Origin: Phoronis australis
Lineage: Eukaryota > Animalia > Phoronida
Length of the DNA stretch: 64,000 bases
Assembly: GCA_002633005.1 (NCBI GenBank)
Contig: NMRA01000238.1
Location: forward strand, 310,001-374,000
Reading direction: 5' to 3'
The position numbers and the translations under genes are program-made. This document shows, piece after piece, positions 62,601 through 64,000 of the stretch. The stretch's first letter is position 1. The number at the start of each line of letters is the position of its first letter. A model generated the notes under the pieces. It was not told the DNA's origin. It did no database searches and saw nothing but the letters and a program-made list of their open reading frames with translations.

Positions 62601-63908
62601 GTGAGCTGATAGCTGTTAAACAGATTGATTTGAATATTCATAACTGGGAGAAGGCGGAGCAAGAATATGATAAGATACAGGAAGAAGTAGACTTATTGAA
62701 GACACTCAAGCACAAGAACATTGTGGGGTACGTTGAAGTTTTACCGTAGCAAGGTTACACCTTACAGAAAAGAAGCTTGGAAATAACTAATCCAGTGTTC
62801 TAATCAGGTGTTTAGAACATGGAGAGCCACTTCACTTGAGTTTTATGCCACCACACTAAATCGGGTTGCCATGCTTATTTACGATCTTTGTTCTTAAACC
62901 CAGTTTCAGAATTCAGATATAAAAGGCCAAGGTAATTACTAGAAACAATAATTTCATGACTTCAATTCGCTCTCTGCCTATTTCTTATTTCCCTTGTGAA
63001 TCATTCACTTAATGAGTAAGACAATTTTCCAGGTCGAAAGTCTGAGAATATGTAATAATTTCATTGGGAATTTGTGGCAAATGCAACATGGCGTCTCCCT
63101 CAAGATTCATACGCCCTGCATGAAAGTAAGAGTAGGGATATGGATGTGATTAGGCAGAATAGTTCACATAACACAAACCTGTTGAAGGCAAACACATTGA
63201 AACAGAATTGTCAGTGAGCAAACTCTCTAATATATTCTTCATAATTCAAAGAGAATGATCTTATGATTTTAATTTTTTGTTTTCCAGATTCAAAATCAAA
63301 AGATGCTAAATATTTTGTTTCTTACACAGATTCCTGGGCACAAGTCTTGATGACAGTGTAGTAAGCATCTTCATGCAGTTTGTGCCAGGCGGATCTATAG
63401 CCACCGTATTGGCCAGGTTTGGAGCATTAGATGAGACGGTCTTCTGGAAATACACCAAACAGATACTGGAGGGAGTCGTGTACATTCACGCCAATGACGT
63501 TATTCACAGGTAACTTGTTATATCATTCACAATGTTGATTTTGATGGGCAACTCTTTCCTCGTAGATGTTCTGCAGCAAATGTCTGTGATATGTTGTGCA
63601 GGTGTGAAAACTTTAATCAAAAGAGATTAAAGCAGTAACAATATTTTTTTCAAAGATATTTGGTTTTGGTTCTTATGTGTAAAGTGATTTGCAAATTTTT
63701 ATTGTTGTTTCAGGGACATCAAGGGAGGAAATATCATGTTGATGCCAAATGGCGTCATCAAGTTGATTGACTTTGGCTGTGCCAAGCGACTGTGTCTTCA
63801 GCTCAGTGCTAGTCAGAGCAAGATTCTTAAGTCGATGCGTGGGACGCCATACTGGATGGCACCGGAGGTCATTATGGAAACTGGTCACGGCAAGAAGTCA
63901 GACATCTG
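44458..63908 (+). CDS. MAP3K19: MAP3K19/YSK4-like STE11-family kinase with N-terminal ankyrin repeats; 19 coding exons in the window, 3' end lies beyond it
   Basis: Phase-consistent GT-AG exons: 44458-44646, 45914-46042, 46737-46928, 47253-47413, 47765-47880, 48662-48801, 49332-49586, 50934-50976, 51745-51847, 52489-52700, 53395-53574, 54135-54299, 55004-55185, 55949-60313, 60885-61025, 61661-61789, 62576-62727, 63330-63509, 63714-63908 (7229 nt). Kinase motifs WKKGNMLGKGAYGMVWCGLT..LIAVKQ..QEEVDLLK..HRDIKGGNIMLMPNGVIKLIDFGCA..LKSMRGTPYWMAPEVI..KSDIW are characteristic of MAP3K19. Confidence 0.88.
45368..45847. mobile_element. Possible TTAA-flanked non-autonomous DNA element (Kolobok/piggyBac-type ends)
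   Basis: Left end ttaa-tggggtcttgtgatcac versus reverse complement of right end ttaa-agggctcataagataac. Confidence 0.35.
45914..46042 (+). CDS. MAP3K19: Ankyrin-repeat exon
   Basis: DGDYDRIQNFL...TGNTPLIWAAKRGHSK; ttttag|...|gtgagt. Confidence 0.92.
46737..46928 (+). CDS. MAP3K19: Ankyrin-repeat exon
   Basis: IVQLLLRHGADVTLRN...LLQAAWQGNIELVRKLM. Confidence 0.92.
47253..47413 (+). CDS. MAP3K19: Ankyrin-repeat exon
   Basis: SDSKALDIDCRNSDGLTPLLLVTRDV...VVQELISHR; tttcag|...|gtaagt. Confidence 0.9.
47765..47880 (+). CDS. MAP3K19: Ankyrin-repeat exon
   Basis: DVNATDSEGRTPLHYAS...LTDGSNV. Confidence 0.92.
48662..48801 (+). CDS. MAP3K19: Ankyrin-repeat exon
   Basis: STPLHCASQSGNVEVVLALLHHGSDPN...GATPLHIT. 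Confidence 0.92.
49148..49224. repeat. 15-bp tandem repeat (acaataactggagtt), 5 copies
   Basis: Seen directly; one variant copy. Confidence 0.93.
49332..49586 (+). CDS. MAP3K19: Last ankyrin-repeat exon
   Basis: AYNGHERVAMALLENGADVTLVDDSGRTPLDIA...GEVIFD|gtgagt. Confidence 0.92.
50934..50976 (+). CDS. MAP3K19: 43-nt linker exon
   Basis: tttcgtttcag|SLVRSKSSPRPLPK|gtaagt; needed to keep phase. Confidence 0.75.
51745..51847 (+). CDS. MAP3K19: Linker exon
   Basis: LTPLNHEASSPAILPSDAISAEWDALNVTKPPS; phase 1 to 2. Confidence 0.8.
52489..52700 (+). CDS. MAP3K19: Linker exon
   Basis: EGPRRLGEPRGRPPLQP...RLAFRK; ttgcag|...|gtatgt. Confidence 0.82.
53395..53574 (+). CDS. MAP3K19: Linker exon
   Basis: DPVRKFAATPSGDSQIEVTIVGLDRDES...DMLAK; phase 1 to 1. 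Confidence 0.82.
54135..54299 (+). CDS. MAP3K19: Linker exon
   Basis: RNSVFTPERSDSSSPPPRLTP...PVILDL; phase 1 to 1. Confidence 0.8.
54395..54467 (-). pseudogene. tRNA-Ala(AGC)-like unit (left arm of the fold-back element)
   Basis: TCCTCAG TA GCTC..GAGC A CTAGA-CCAGCAA-TCTAG..GGTTCGATTCC..TTGGGGT; B box intact, A box degenerate, T5 run downstream. Confidence 0.6.
54657..54729 (+). pseudogene. tRNA-like unit (right arm of the fold-back element)
   Basis: A box TAGCTCAGTGG, B-box-like GGTTCAGTTCC, broken anticodon stem, T5 run downstream. Confidence 0.6.
55004..55185 (+). CDS. MAP3K19: Linker exon
   Basis: QMRLTQQSGSPLFIDYSALYPGRR...EDSSK; phase 1 to 0. Confidence 0.82.
55949..60313 (+). CDS. 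MAP3K19: Giant 4365-bp exon, Ser/Lys/Thr-rich and probably disordered (1455 aa)
   Basis: 1453-aa ORF bounded by tttcacag|GAT and AAG|gtgaag, phase 0 to 0. Confidence 0.9.
60885..61025 (+). CDS. MAP3K19: Pre-kinase exon
   Basis: DMDEMSDHPSLANSEAL...SPESR|gtaaga. Confidence 0.82.
61661..61789 (+). CDS. MAP3K19: Kinase exon (Gly-rich loop)
   Basis: IEWKKGNMLGKGAYGM|gtaaga. Confidence 0.95.
62576..62727 (+). CDS. MAP3K19: Kinase exon (VAIK-equivalent Lys, alphaC Glu)
   Basis: VWCGLTNDGELIAVKQIDL...IQEEVDLLKTLKHKNIV. Confidence 0.95.
63330..63509 (+). CDS. MAP3K19: Kinase exon (hinge to HR)
   Basis: FLGTSLDDSVVSIFMQFVPGGSIA...YTKQILEGVVYIHANDVIHR. Confidence 0.95.
63714..63908 (+). CDS. MAP3K19: Kinase exon (catalytic loop, DFG, APE)
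   Basis: DIKGGNIMLMPNGVIKLIDFGCAKRL...GTPYWMAPEVIMETGHGKKSDIW|gtgaga. Confidence 0.95.
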
Positions 63909-64000
63909 GTGAGAAAGCAGAATTATGAAGTTGTGTCATCCTTGAAAAATCAGCAATAGAAAATAACATCTGGGATATGGCTTTCTTGAAGAAAATCCAG

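Overview
AT-rich eukaryotic (metazoan) genomic DNA with GT-AG introns. The repeat types and the patchy CpG depletion suggest a marine invertebrate, possibly an ambulacrarian deuterostome (inference). Three protein-coding genes can be assembled by hand with consistent exon phases. (1) An unrecognised ~468-aa gene on the - strand (exons 12598-12687 and 7296-8612) with two Cys/His clusters. (2) A complete SH3YL1 orthologue on the - strand (8 coding exons, 21098-26763, 398 aa, SYLF/Ysc84 domain plus SH3). (3) Head-to-head with it, a MAP3K19/YSK4-type kinase on the + strand (19 coding exons in the window, 44458-63908, continuing beyond it, >2409 aa) carrying an N-terminal block of about 8-9 ankyrin repeats and a 4365-bp exon. 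SH3YL1 and the kinase appear to share a CpG-rich bidirectional promoter near 29.9-30.0 kb. Non-coding highlights: a fold-back element built from two head-to-head tRNA(Ala)-like units, a ~735-bp tandem duplication with a palindromic junction, a DINE-1/Helentron-like repeat carrying an array of CCACC-A-GGTGG/CTCF-like motifs, a 56-bp-stem hairpin, RFX X-boxes in the kinase first intron, and several minisatellites. No prokaryotic features, CRISPR array, rRNA or intact transposase were found. All calls were made by eye; no database searches were run.
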